DNA from: Acidimicrobiia bacterium
GTDB taxonomy: Bacteria; Actinomycetota; Acidimicrobiia; Spongiisociales; UBA5794
Assembly: GCA_041611095.1 (NCBI GenBank)
Contig: JBFINP010000004.1
Span: 4,065 to 68,064 of the forward strand
DNA length: 64,000 nt
Reading direction: 5' to 3'
In this document: positions 8,812 to 18,401 of the stretch, piece after piece
Position numbering within the stretch: the first letter of the stretch is position 1
How the letters are laid out: every line of letters starts with the position of its first letter
The notes under the pieces: model-generated
What the model was told of the DNA's origin: nothing
Databases searched by the model: none
Seen by the model: the letters and a program-made list of their open reading frames with translations, nothing else
Program-made: the position numbers and the translations under genes

Positions 8812-11345
8812 CCGCGGCGTCACCCGTTTCGCTCGACGCATGGTGGGCGGCGTTGCCGTTCGTCCCCGATCCGTTTCAGCGCGAGGCGGTGGAGCACGTG
8901 CAGGCAGGAGCATCGGTCGTTGTCACGGCTCCTACGGGTGCGGGGAAGACGTTGATCGCAGAGGCCGCGATCGAGCTGGCGAGGATGCAGGGCTCGCGTG
9001 CGTTCTACACGACGCCGATCAAGGCCCTCTCGAACCAGAAGTTCGGGGATCTCCGCTCCGCCTACGGCGACGAGGCGGTGGGGCTCCTCACCGGCGACAA
9101 CGTCGTGAACGGCGATGCGGGCATCGTCGTGATGACGACCGAGGTGCTGCGCAACATGATCTATGCCGATCCGGGGCGCCTCGACACCCTGGGCATCGTG
9201 ATCCTCGACGAGGTCCACTACCTCCAGGATCGCTACCGCGGGTCTGTCTGGGAGGAGGTCATCATCCACCTGCCTCACCACGTGCAGCTCGTCAACCTGT
9301 CCGCGACCATCGCCAACCCCGAGGAGTTCACCGACTGGGTGCGGGCGAGACGCGGCCCAACCGCGCTCGTCGTCGAGACCCACCGTCCGGTCCCGCTCGA
9401 GAGCACGTACCTGCTGAAGGACCGCCACCGAGAGCACCGGCTCGATCATCTCACCATCTTCGACCGATCTGGGAAACGCCCGAACCCGGTGGTCGTGAAG
9501 CTGCTGCGCAAAGGGCGCGGGCGCTACCGACGGTTTGCGCAGCCCCGCCGTCTGGAAGTGGCAGAGCACCTCCACGCCCTCGGCATGCTGCCGGCGATCT
9601 ACTTCATCTTCTCCCGCGCCGGGTGCGATCAGGCGGCGCAGCAGGTGGCGGCGGCAGGACTCGGTTTGACGGACCCCGGCGAGAGGGAGCAGATCCGCGC
9701 CGTCGCCGCGGCCCGTACGGCCCACGTCAGCCCCCAGGACCTCGACGTCCTCGGCTACACACAGTGGATGGCCGGTCTCGAAGCAGGGGTCGCCGCACAC
9801 CACGCCGGGATGGTTCCTGCGTTCAAGGAGACGGTCGAGGTGCTCTTCGCCGCCGGGCTCGTGAAGCTCGTGTTTGCCACGGAGACACTTGCCCTGGGCA
9901 TCAACATGCCTGCGAAGACCGTCGTGCTCGAGCGCCTGAGCAAGTTCACCGGTGAGTCGCACGAGCTGCTGCAGCCGGGCGACTACACCCAGCTCACGGG
10001 CCGCGCCGGACGCAGGGGCATCGACACCTCGGGTACGGCCGTCGTCCTCCACCAGCGCGACATCCCTTTCGATCGCATCGCCGCCATCGCCGCCCAGGGG
10101 AGTCATCCACTGGTGTCGAGCTTTGCGCCCTCCTACAACATGGCCGTCAACCTCGTCGCCAACTACCCGCAAGACCGAGCCGAGGAGCTTCTCCGGGCGT
10201 CCTTCGCCCAGCATCGCCTCGAAGCCCGCCGGCAGGCGCTGCGCGACCGTATGGAGCGGCGGGAAGCCGAGGCGGTGGAGCTGCGCGCCGCAGCGAAGTG
10301 CGACCGAGGCGACATCGTCGCCTTCGCCGAGTCCCACCGTGCCGTCGATGTGCGGCGACGGATGCGTGACTTTGCGCAGAGCATGGTGCCCGGCGATGTG
10401 CTCGAGATTCCCCAGGACGGGGGAGCCGGCCGTTGGGCGATGGTGGCGCGTGGGTACGGCCCCAATCCTCGCCTGATGCTCGTCGGCGGTGATGGCGAGC
10501 TGTGGCAGCTGGCTGCCGAGGACCTTGCTCCGGCGACAATGATCGTCGGCACCGTCGACGTGCCCGAGCCGTTCCGTCCTCGCGAGCGTGCATTCCGTCG
10601 CCACGTGGCAGCCGCACTCGGCTCGGTCCACGCCGGAGAGCGCCGGGGCATCGACGTGTCCGGTGGCCTCTCGGATCCTGTGGCCTCGTGTCCCGACCTG
10701 GCCGAGCATCTCTCGTGGCTGGAGCGGGCCAGGAAGGCCGAGCGCGATGCGGCACGGCTTCGCGAGCGGATGGGTGGCTCCCGGGACGATCTCGTGACGG
10801 GTTTCCACCGGTTGCTCGATCTGCTCGGCGCCTATGGGTACGTCGACGGCTGGTCGCTGACGGACGAGGGAGAGCGCTTGCGGTTCGTGTACAACGAGCT
10901 CGATCTGCTGGTGGCGGAGGCGGCTCACCGGGGTCACCTCGACGGGCTCGGACCTGCTGAGCTGGCGGGCGTGATGACGATGTTCGTGTACGAGCCGCGA
11001 CGCGACGACATCGCCGCGCCGCTGCCGGACTCGGTGGCACGCTCTGTGGAGGCCATCGCCGAGCTCTCCGACGAGCTCGCAGTCGCAGAAGACGCTCGGC
11101 GGCTCGAGATGGCGCGTGCGCCCGACGACGGCTACGTAGGCCGGCTCCACGACTGGGCCTCTGGCGCCACTCTCGAAGACCTGTTCGCCGAGGAGGCCGC
11201 CGCCGGGGATTTCGTTCGCATCGCCCGCCAGACACTCGATCTACTTCGCCAGGTCAAGGACGTCTTCCCGAGTATTCGAGGCAGCGCCGTCGCCGCCATC
11301 GATCGCGTCGACCGCGGCGTCGTCGCCGCCGAGGGCGGCTGGTGA
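8808..11345 (+). CDS. helY: Ski2-like DEAD/DEAH-box RNA helicase HelY
   Basis: FQREAVEHVQAGASVVVTAPTGAGKTLIAE (Walker A), ILDEVHYL (DEVH box), and a C-terminal DSHCT-like region. GTG at 8808 overlaps the tatC stop. The ORF part from 8067 to 8807 is an overlap artifact. Confidence 0.88.
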   Translation: MTAASPVSLDAWWAALPFVPDPFQREAVEHVQAGASVVVTAPTGAGKTLIAEAAIELARMQGSRAFYTTPIKALSNQKFGDLRSAYGDEAVGLLTGDNVVNGDAGIVVMTTEVLRNMIYADPGRLDTLGIVILDEVHYLQDRYRGSVWEEVIIHLPHHVQLVNLSATIANPEEFTDWVRARRGPTALVVETHRPVPLESTYLLKDRHREHRLDHLTIFDRSGKRPNPVVVKLLRKGRGRYRRFAQPRRLEVAEHLHALGMLPAIYFIFSRAGCDQAAQQVAAAGLGLTDPGEREQIRAVAAARTAHVSPQDLDVLGYTQWMAGLEAGVAAHHAGMVPAFKETVEVLFAAGLVKLVFATETLALGINMPAKTVVLERLSKFTGESHELLQPGDYTQLTGRAGRRGIDTSGTAVVLHQRDIPFDRIAAIAAQGSHPLVSSFAPSYNMAVNLVANYPQDRAEELLRASFAQHRLEARRQALRDRMERREAEAVELRAAAKCDRGDIVAFAESHRAVDVRRRMRDFAQSMVPGDVLEIPQDGGAGRWAMVARGYGPNPRLMLVGGDGELWQLAAEDLAPATMIVGTVDVPEPFRPRERAFRRHVAAALGSVHAGERRGIDVSGGLSDPVASCPDLAEHLSWLERARKAERDAARLRERMGGSRDDLVTGFHRLLDLLGAYGYVDGWSLTDEGERLRFVYNELDLLVAEAAHRGHLDGLGPAELAGVMTMFVYEPRRDDIAAPLPDSVARSVEAIAELSDELAVAEDARRLEMARAPDDGYVGRLHDWASGATLEDLFAEEAAAGDFVRIARQTLDLLRQVKDVFPSIRGSAVAAIDRVDRGVVAAEGGW

Positions 11346-12226
11346 CCTGGCTCGTCGTGCTCAACCCGGGGGCGGGACGCGCAGGAGACGCTGCAACCCG
11401 GCTCGAGCGTGCCCTCGAAGCGTCGGCCGCGTCACATCGCATCGTCGTATCCCGGGACCGTGACCACGTCGCCGAGCTCATCGGCGCGGCCGTCGCAGAC
11501 GGGTTCGACCGCTTTGCGGCCGTGGGAGGTGACGGCACGGCGCATCTCGTGCTGAACGCGATCATGGGACACCGCTGGGCGGAGCCGCCCAGGCTGGCGA
11601 TACTTCCGGCCGGCTCCGGATCCGACTTCATCCGCACCTTTGCTCTGCCGAGACGCCTCGAGGACGCCGTTCACCGCCTCGAGACGCCCGATCTGTATCG
11701 GTGCGACGTCGGCCGGATCGAGGGTGGCTTCGGCGAGTGCTGGTTCCTCAACGCCGTCAACTTCGGCGTCGCCGCGGCGTCGGCAGGGCGTGCCGAGCGG
11801 CTTCCCAGGTGGATGGGCGGACTCCGGTACACGGCCGCCTTCTGGCTGGAGCTCGCGCGGTTCAGGCCCGGTCCGGCCCAGGTCCGCACGGAGCGCCGCG
11901 TGATGGCGGTCGAAACGTCGATGAACGTCGTCGTCGCCAACGGCCAGTTCTTCGGAGGGGGGTTGAACGTCGCACCCCAGGCCGCAACGATGGACGGGCT
12001 TCTCGATGTCGAGATCTTTGCGGGGCCCCGCCGCAGGGCCTTCGGTGTGATGCCCCGAGTCATTCGCGGGTTGCACCTTCGGCACCCGGCGGTGACCGTG
12101 GGAAAGGGCGCCCGCCTGGACATCGACGTTCCGGCGGACTGGCCGGTGGAGGCCGACGGTGAGATGCTCGGGCGTGGGCCGGCACGCGTGATGGTGGTGC
12201 CGGCAGCCATCGACTTCAAGATATGA
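11342..12226 (+). CDS. diacylglycerol-kinase-family lipid kinase (YegS-like)
   Basis: LVVLNPGAGRAG and AAVGGDGT motifs. GTGA overlap with helY. Confidence 0.8.
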   Translation: MTWLVVLNPGAGRAGDAATRLERALEASAASHRIVVSRDRDHVAELIGAAVADGFDRFAAVGGDGTAHLVLNAIMGHRWAEPPRLAILPAGSGSDFIRTFALPRRLEDAVHRLETPDLYRCDVGRIEGGFGECWFLNAVNFGVAAASAGRAERLPRWMGGLRYTAAFWLELARFRPGPAQVRTERRVMAVETSMNVVVANGQFFGGGLNVAPQAATMDGLLDVEIFAGPRRRAFGVMPRVIRGLHLRHPAVTVGKGARLDIDVPADWPVEADGEMLGRGPARVMVVPAAIDFKI

Positions 12227-12323
12227 GGCCGGGCCGCGCGACCGATGGGAATACGAGTCGCCATGGGATCGTTCCGGGCGCGGGCAGCTTGGATATACTC
12301 CCCGCCGCGCTAGAGGACTGGAC

Positions 12324-12803
12324 ATGAGCGACAACGATGTCGACGAGAACGATCTGAACGAGGAAGAGCTCGACGGCGAGCTGGACGAGGACTTGGAACC
12401 CGACGAGTCCGAGCTCGATGAAGAGTGGGACGACGACTTCGACTCCGAGGCCGACCTGGACGAGGACTTCGACGACGAGGACGACGACGAAGACGGGGAC
12501 GACGACGGGGACGAGGTCGACGACGCCGACGACGACGAGGACGACGAGGACCGCGAGGAGGCCCTCGACGAGCTCGAGGCCGAAGAGCTCGACATGCTCA
12601 CCGACGACGAGGAGTCGGAGACGCTGATCGTCGACGAGGCCCAGGAGCTGCGGGCCATCCGGCGTGCGGAGATCGCTCTCGAAGGCGAAGGCGCCGGCGA
12701 GCGCACCGAAGGGGAGTTCGTCTGCCAAAGCTGCTATCTCGTGCTCAAGACCAGCCAGCTCGCCAACCGGCGCAAGATGTTGTGCCGAGACTGTGCCGCC
12801 TGA
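12324..12803 (+). CDS. DUF4193-like hyper-acidic protein with C-terminal zinc ribbon
   Basis: Long D/E tract, then C-terminal FVCQSCYLVLKTSQLANRRKMLCRDCA (CxxC...CxxC). Confidence 0.75.
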   Translation: MSDNDVDENDLNEEELDGELDEDLEPDESELDEEWDDDFDSEADLDEDFDDEDDDEDGDDDGDEVDDADDDEDDEDREEALDELEAEELDMLTDDEESETLIVDEAQELRAIRRAEIALEGEGAGERTEGEFVCQSCYLVLKTSQLANRRKMLCRDCAA

Positions 12804-13524
12804 CCACGTCGTCGTCGTCCTCCCCACGTACGACGAGATCGACAACCTCGAGCGGGTAGGCGGGCGGATCCGAGCGACCGGGGCCACGCTCCTCGTCGTC
12901 GACGACGCCTCGCCCGACGGCACCGGGGACCTCGCCGATCGGCTTGCCCAGAGCGACCCGGGAATCTCCGTGATCCACCGGCCCGTGCGCCGAGGGCTCG
13001 GGCCGGCATATGCGGAGGGTTTCGCCGCCGCGATCGACTCGGGTGCCGCGATCGTCTGCCAGATGGATGCTGACCTCTCCCACGACGCCGCATCGCTGAG
13101 CGCACTCATCGCCGCGATCCGCTCTGGGCACGACGTCGCCGTCGGGAGCCGGTACGTGGCCGGCGGTGCCACCGTCGGATGGTCACTGCTGCGCCGGCTG
13201 CTATCACGCGGCGGCAACCTCTTCGCACGTCTCGCCCTCGGCCTCGGGGTGCATGACGCCACGAGCGGGTTTCGTGCCTATCGCGTCGAGGCGTTGCAGC
13301 AGCTCGATCCGGCCACGTGCGAGGCGGCCGGCTACGCCTTCCAGGTCGAGATGACCTACCGCGCCGAGCATCTCGGTCTGCGCGTCGTCGAGATCCCCAT
13401 CCGCTTCGTCGAGCGGGAAGCAGGAGCGAGCAAGATGACGGCAGGCATCGCCATCGAGGCGATGCGGCTCGTGTCGCGCTGGGGCCTGCAACGGATACGA
13501 CGGCGGCTACGCTCCGCCTCCTGA
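12793..13524 (+). CDS. GT2 polyprenol/dolichol-phosphate mannosyltransferase (Ppm1-like)
   Basis: VVVLPTYDEIDNL ... VVDDASPDGTGDLA ... QMDADLSHD motifs. Start (GTG 12793) is uncertain. Confidence 0.82.
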   Translation: MPPDHVVVVLPTYDEIDNLERVGGRIRATGATLLVVDDASPDGTGDLADRLAQSDPGISVIHRPVRRGLGPAYAEGFAAAIDSGAAIVCQMDADLSHDAASLSALIAAIRSGHDVAVGSRYVAGGATVGWSLLRRLLSRGGNLFARLALGLGVHDATSGFRAYRVEALQQLDPATCEAAGYAFQVEMTYRAEHLGLRVVEIPIRFVEREAGASKMTAGIAIEAMRLVSRWGLQRIRRRLRSAS

Positions 13525-14000
13525 TGCACATCTCCAGCCGAACGGCCAGTCGCGAGGACGTCGACGTCCTCGTCGATCTGTATCGGGAGTTGGAGGCCGA
13601 GCAGACGGCCCTGAAGCCGATGTGGCGGCTCGCCGACGGCTTGGCGGAGCCCGCTGCGGATGCGTTCCGCGAGATCCTCGACGACCCCGATTCGTACGTC
13701 GTCGTGGGCGCCCTCGATGGAACGCCACTCGGTTTCGCCTGGGCCCGCACCGAGGCGCTGCTGCCGCAGGCTGATGGGGAGCGCGTCGGGGTCGTACGCC
13801 TGATCTACACCGTCCACGCTGCGCGGGGCGTCGGGGTGGGCGATGCAATGATCAATGACGTGCTCGAAGAGCTCCGCTCGCGCGGCCTGACTCTGTTCGA
13901 CGCCCGGGTGAGTCCCGGCCACCGACACGCCAAGAACTTCTTCGAGTCCAACGGGTTCTCGGCTCGCCTGATCATCATGCACCATGCCGACGATGTGTGA
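13524..14000 (+). CDS. GNAT family N-acetyltransferase
   Basis: Acetyl-CoA binding-like segment VHAARGVGVGDAMINDVLEELRSRG. The ATG overlaps the preceding stop by 1 nt. Confidence 0.75.
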   Translation: MHISSRTASREDVDVLVDLYRELEAEQTALKPMWRLADGLAEPAADAFREILDDPDSYVVVGALDGTPLGFAWARTEALLPQADGERVGVVRLIYTVHAARGVGVGDAMINDVLEELRSRGLTLFDARVSPGHRHAKNFFESNGFSARLIIMHHADDV

Positions 14001-14012
14001 GGCCCCGAACGG

Positions 14013-15359
14013 ATGATCCCGGTGGAAGAGGTCGTCGAATTGCTCCAGGCGCTGATTCGCAACCAGTGCGTGAACGACGGCACACCTGACTCCGGCAACG
14101 AGGTCCGCTCCGTCGATACCTTGGCCGCATACCTGGGCGAACGGGGGGAGGTCGTCGAGCCTCACCCGGGCAGGCAGAGCGTCGTGTACCGAGTTCCCGG
14201 GGCGCTGGCGGGGGCGCCCCGGATGTTGCTGCTGCCCCATCTCGACGTGGTCCCCGTGTCGCCGTCCGGATGGAGCCGCGACCCTTTCGGTGCCGTCGTC
14301 GCCGACGGGTTCGTGTGGGGGCGGGGCGCCATCGACATGCTGAACGTGACGGCGGCCATGGCGGCGGTGTTCCGCCGCTACCTCACCGGCGAGGTGCCTC
14401 CACTGCCAGGAGATTTGATCTTCGCCGCGGTCGCCGACGAGGAGGCGGGCGGCCGTCTCGGGGCCGGGTGGCTGGTCGAGGAGCGCCCCGAGCTTGTTGA
14501 TGCCGAGTACGTCCTCACGGAGATCGCCACTCCGGCGGTCTCCGCAGACGGTGGCGTTCCCGTCACCGTGGCCGAGAAGGGCCCGTGGTGGCGGATCCTA
14601 CGGACCCAAGGCACGCCCGGCCATGGCAGCCAGCCGTACGCCACCGACAACGCCCTCGTTCCGCTCGCCGAGGCGATCTCCCGTCTCGATGCTGCGACCA
14701 CGCCGGTCGCCATCTCACCCGAATGGACCGCGTTCCTCGCCGGCGCCGGTCTGCCCGGGGACCTGGCCCGCCGCCTCGCTGATCCGGACCGGGTCGACGA
14801 TGCCATCGACGAGCTGCGGGAGACCGACGTCGGCCTGGCTCGGTGGGCGCACGCCTGCACCCACATGACGGTGGCACCGACGGTGCTCAACGCCGGCACC
14901 AAGCACAACGTCATCCCCGATGCTGGCGAGGCGCATCTCGACGTTCGGCTCGTGCCCGGGCAGGACGGGAGCACCGTGGTGGACCACCTGAGGAAGGTCC
15001 TCGGCCCCGACGTCCTCGATCGCATCGAGGTCGATCCCGGCATCGAAGGCCTGCCGAACGCATCGCCGGCGGGGGGCCCGTTGTGGGAGGCGATCGGTGA
15101 CGCCGCCGAGCAGCTCACGGGTTCGCGCACCCGGCTGCCCATGTTGATCCCGGTGACCACCGACGCCCGATTCTTCCGCCACCGCGGCGCGGTCGCCTAC
15201 GGCGTCGGTCTGTTCGACGATCGGATGAGCTTCGGTGAGATGCTTTCGCTCTTTCACGGCCACGACGAGCGGGTGAGCGTGGGGAGCGTCGAGCTCACGA
15301 CGGAGATGCTTGCGGTGACGCTCGACCGGTTCGGCGCTCGCGTGACCTCTGGAGCCTGA
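14013..15359 (+). CDS. M20/M25/M40 family metallopeptidase (DapE/ArgE-like)
   Basis: LLLPHLDVVPV, WGRGAIDMLN and AVADEEAGG motifs. Confidence 0.82.
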   Translation: MIPVEEVVELLQALIRNQCVNDGTPDSGNEVRSVDTLAAYLGERGEVVEPHPGRQSVVYRVPGALAGAPRMLLLPHLDVVPVSPSGWSRDPFGAVVADGFVWGRGAIDMLNVTAAMAAVFRRYLTGEVPPLPGDLIFAAVADEEAGGRLGAGWLVEERPELVDAEYVLTEIATPAVSADGGVPVTVAEKGPWWRILRTQGTPGHGSQPYATDNALVPLAEAISRLDAATTPVAISPEWTAFLAGAGLPGDLARRLADPDRVDDAIDELRETDVGLARWAHACTHMTVAPTVLNAGTKHNVIPDAGEAHLDVRLVPGQDGSTVVDHLRKVLGPDVLDRIEVDPGIEGLPNASPAGGPLWEAIGDAAEQLTGSRTRLPMLIPVTTDARFFRHRGAVAYGVGLFDDRMSFGEMLSLFHGHDERVSVGSVELTTEMLAVTLDRFGARVTSGA

Positions 15360-15369
15360 TCGCCGGGCG

Positions 15370-16581
15370 CTAGGGCGACGGGGACTCCCAAGTCTCGTCG
15401 GCGCGGTCGGCCTCTTCTATGTCCTCACGGCGGATGCCCAGCACGAAGAGGATCGCATCCAGGTACGGGACCTTGAGCGTCGTGTCTGCGGCGGCGTCGA
15501 CGATGGGTTTGGCGTTGAAGGCGATACCGAGCCCGGCTCGCGTCAACATCTCGAGATCGTTGCTCCCGTCGCCGACGGCCACCGTCTGTTCCAGTGGGAC
15601 CCCTTCGGCGGCAGCGATCTCTTCGAGCAACTTGGCCTTCGCCGGTCCGTCGATGATGTCGCCGATCAGACGCCCGGTGAGCAAGCCGTCGCGAACCTCG
15701 AGCCGGTTGGCGTAGGCGAGGTCCAGGCCCAGCTCTCGGCGGATGTGCTCGGCGAAGACGTCGAAGCCGCCGCTCACGATCGCCGTGCGGTAGCCGAGTC
15801 GCCGCAGCGTACGAGCGAAGGTGCGAGCCCCCGGTGTGGGTGTGAGCCGGCGGGCGACCTCGCCCAGGTGTGATTGCTCGAGCCCGGCGAGCAGCCCCAC
15901 CCGAGCTCGCAGCGACTCGGCGAAGTCGATACGACCGTGCATGGCGGCCTCGGTGACGGCCCGGGCCTCGTCCCCGGCCCCCGTCGCCTCGGCGAGGAGG
16001 TCGATGACCTCGTCGCGGATGAGGGTCGAGTCCATGTCGATCACCACCAGCCGCTTCGCCCGACGCGCCAGCCCCTCGGGCTGCACGGCTACGTCGACGT
16101 TGTGGGTGCTCGACGCCAGCATGAGCCTCTCTCGTAGATCGCGCATGTGCCCCCCGACGACGATCAGCTCGTAGCTGACCACGGGGTAGTTGGAGAGTCG
16201 CGTGATCCGGTCGATGTTCCCGCCCCCGGCGACGATCGCATCGGCGACTCCGGCCAGCGTTGCTGGGGCGAGACGTTCACCGATCACGGTGACGGCGAAG
16301 CGTGCCGGTGCCGGCCCCGCCCCCGGCACCTCGTCCTCCGGGGGCTCCACCGCCTCGAAATCGACGTGGAGGTCGCGCTGCCAGCCGAAGTACAGGAGAT
16401 CCTTGAGCGACGGGTGCGCATCGTCGAGCGCCACCAGCAGACCGAGGTTGAGCCGGTCGCGAAGGATGACTTGCTCCATGTCCAACACCTCGGCGCCGTT
16501 GGCGTCGAGGATGTGGAGGATGCCCGCCGTGATGCCGGGGCCGTCGGTGCCCGTGATCGTGACGATGACCGTCTGGCTCAA
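15370..16581 (-). CDS. serB: phosphoserine phosphatase SerB with N-terminal ACT domains
   Basis: ACT-like VIVTITGTDGPGITAGILHIL, HAD motif I VVIDMDSTLI and motif III VAVGDGSNDLEM. I chose the TTG start at 16581; the ORF extension up to 17067 is Arg/Gly-rich and overlaps the divergent gene. Confidence 0.85.
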   Translation of the reverse strand: MSQTVIVTITGTDGPGITAGILHILDANGAEVLDMEQVILRDRLNLGLLVALDDAHPSLKDLLYFGWQRDLHVDFEAVEPPEDEVPGAGPAPARFAVTVIGERLAPATLAGVADAIVAGGGNIDRITRLSNYPVVSYELIVVGGHMRDLRERLMLASSTHNVDVAVQPEGLARRAKRLVVIDMDSTLIRDEVIDLLAEATGAGDEARAVTEAAMHGRIDFAESLRARVGLLAGLEQSHLGEVARRLTPTPGARTFARTLRRLGYRTAIVSGGFDVFAEHIRRELGLDLAYANRLEVRDGLLTGRLIGDIIDGPAKAKLLEEIAAAEGVPLEQTVAVGDGSNDLEMLTRAGLGIAFNAKPIVDAAADTTLKVPYLDAILFVLGIRREDIEEADRADETWESPSP

Positions 16582-16638
16582 CGCCGTTCCTTCCGGTGCT
16601 ACGTTGCGTCGCCGCCGTTGTAGTGGCCGGGAGGGCCG

Positions 16639-17409
16639 TTGACCAATTACGAAGCCGTCGTGTTCGACATCGACGGGGTCCTGTACCGGGGGACCGAGGC
16701 CGTACCGGGCGCTCGGGAAGCGCTTGGGCGCGTCCAGAATGCCGGGCTTCGGATCGTGTTCGCCACCAACAACTCGACGCGGGCCGCCGCCGACGTGGCC
16801 GCCACGATCGAGGATCGCATCGGATTCCCTGCTCGCTCTGACCAGGTGGTGTCGTCGGCAATGGCTACGGCACGTCACCTGGAAGGCCGCTTCCAGAGGG
16901 CCTACGTGATCGGCGGAGCCGGCCTCGTCGCCACGCTGGCCGCCGCCGGCATCGGTGCGGTCGACGGTTGGCGCGACGCCGAGGTCGTCGTGGTGGGTCT
17001 CGATACGACGCTGACCTATGACAAGCTCGCCGATGCGACCCTGGCCGTGCGCGACGGCGGCGCCCATCTCGTCGCCACCAACGACGACGCCACCTTCCCG
17101 AGCCGGCGAGGTCTCCTACCGGGCGGTGGCGCCATCGTCGCCGCGATCGAACGAGCGACGAGCGTGCAGGCCGAGGTCTGCGGGAAGCCGCACGAGCCGA
17201 TGCGCCGCGTCCTGCGATCCGTCACCGGGACTGGGAGCGTCGTCGTGATCGGCGATCGCATCGACACCGACATGGCGCTCGGGTGGAGCGAGGGCTGGAT
17301 GACCGTGCTGACGCTCACCGGTGTGACGACCGCGGTGGAAGCCGCCGACGTCGACGTCGACCACGTCGTGACGTCTGTGGCGGAGTTACCAGCGCTTCTG
17401 GGCCTGTGA
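16639..17409 (+). CDS. HAD-IIA family hydrolase (NagD-like sugar phosphatase)
   Basis: VVFDIDGVLYRGTEAVPGA ... IVFATNNSTR ... VIGDRIDTD motifs. TTG start. Confidence 0.82.
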   Translation: MTNYEAVVFDIDGVLYRGTEAVPGAREALGRVQNAGLRIVFATNNSTRAAADVAATIEDRIGFPARSDQVVSSAMATARHLEGRFQRAYVIGGAGLVATLAAAGIGAVDGWRDAEVVVVGLDTTLTYDKLADATLAVRDGGAHLVATNDDATFPSRRGLLPGGGAIVAAIERATSVQAEVCGKPHEPMRRVLRSVTGTGSVVVIGDRIDTDMALGWSEGWMTVLTLTGVTTAVEAADVDVDHVVTSVAELPALLGL

Positions 17410-17412
17410 TCG

Positions 17413-18150
17413 TCAGCGGACGAGGAACGTTCGTTGCGGCTCGTGGAGGCGAGTGACCCGGCGCAGCAGCAGTGGCCGGAAGGGGAGGGTCAGGACGGCG
17501 CCGGCCACGAAGCCGCCGACGTGGGCTTCCCAGGCGACGGCCTCGGATGGGATCCCGAACTGGCTGACGAACCAGATGCCCAAGAAGATGATCGCCGGGA
17601 TCGGCACGAAGATGAAGCCGAGGAGCGACAGCACGCGGTGGGTCGGGAACAGGACGAGGTACGAGCCGAGTACACCGGCGATGGCCCCCGACGCCCCCAC
17701 GAGCGGAATGGTGGAGTCGGGGTTGGCGAGCACGAACGACGCGGTGGCGATCAAGCCCGTGACCAAATAGAGCGCCACGTACGGAATGGTCCCGAACGCC
17801 TCTTCGACGTTGTTGCCGAAGATCCACAGGAACCACATGTTCCCGAGGAGGTGGAACACGCCTGCATGGAGGAACATGCTCACGAGCGCGGCGAGCTGCA
17901 CGTTCTTGTCCGGGAAGCGTGCCGGCTCGGCCGCGTCGCGGCACTGCTCCGTGGTGATCTCGTCGAGCGAGAGCGCTTGGCCGGTCGTCAACTCGCAGGC
18001 GATGGCGGCGTTCTCGTATGCGAAGCTCTCGACCTCCGCATCGGGCGATTGCGGTTGCCACAGGAAGAAGACCGCGAGGTTGACCGCGATGATCGCGACG
18101 GTGGCGAGCGGGGTTATGCGGGTCGGGTTGAGGTCTCGAATCGGGAACAA
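17413..18150 (-). CDS. rhomboid family intramembrane serine protease
   Basis: Multi-TM protein with FLHAGVFHLLGNMW and catalytic GASGAIAGVLG plus a downstream His (WEAHVGGF). Confidence 0.85.
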   Translation of the reverse strand: MFPIRDLNPTRITPLATVAIIAVNLAVFFLWQPQSPDAEVESFAYENAAIACELTTGQALSLDEITTEQCRDAAEPARFPDKNVQLAALVSMFLHAGVFHLLGNMWFLWIFGNNVEEAFGTIPYVALYLVTGLIATASFVLANPDSTIPLVGASGAIAGVLGSYLVLFPTHRVLSLLGFIFVPIPAIIFLGIWFVSQFGIPSEAVAWEAHVGGFVAGAVLTLPFRPLLLRRVTRLHEPQRTFLVR

Positions 18151-18188
18151 GAACCGGTCCTGTCGTTGCCAGGGGCGATAATGCCCTC

Positions 18189-18401
18189 ATGGATGATACG
18201 CACGCCTCGTTCCCGTCTTCAGTCGATGGGACCGCCGACAAGGAATCAGGGCCGGAACGATCGGATGAGCTGGACGATCTTCGTTCGATCGATCCCGCGG
18301 ACGCGCCTCCCGTCGCCGACCGCATCGCCGCCGATCTCTCCGCAGAGCTCGACGGGTTGAGCGCAACCACTGAGGCGCCCGACCCGGTCGATCCCGCTTG
18401 A
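18189..18401 (+). CDS. small acidic hypothetical protein, translationally coupled to tlyA
   Basis: 70 aa. Its stop overlaps the TTG start of tlyA (TTGA). No recognisable domain. Confidence 0.45.
   Translation: MDDTHASFPSSVDGTADKESGPERSDELDDLRSIDPADAPPVADRIAADLSAELDGLSATTEAPDPVDPA

Noticed and set aside
12470-12560. GAC/GAG-rich low-complexity DNA as a possible microsatellite or CRISPR-like repeat.
   Set aside because: It is in frame within the DUF4193-type gene and simply encodes the Asp/Glu tract. There is no spacer-repeat organisation.
15370-17067. The 565-aa version of the serB ORF, and similar over-long ORFs (ispH to 31445, add to 59972, PEBP to 61751, DUF4242 to 39398).
   Set aside because: The homologous protein starts at an internal start codon, often with a good SD. 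The upstream parts overlap divergent genes and have non-protein-like composition.
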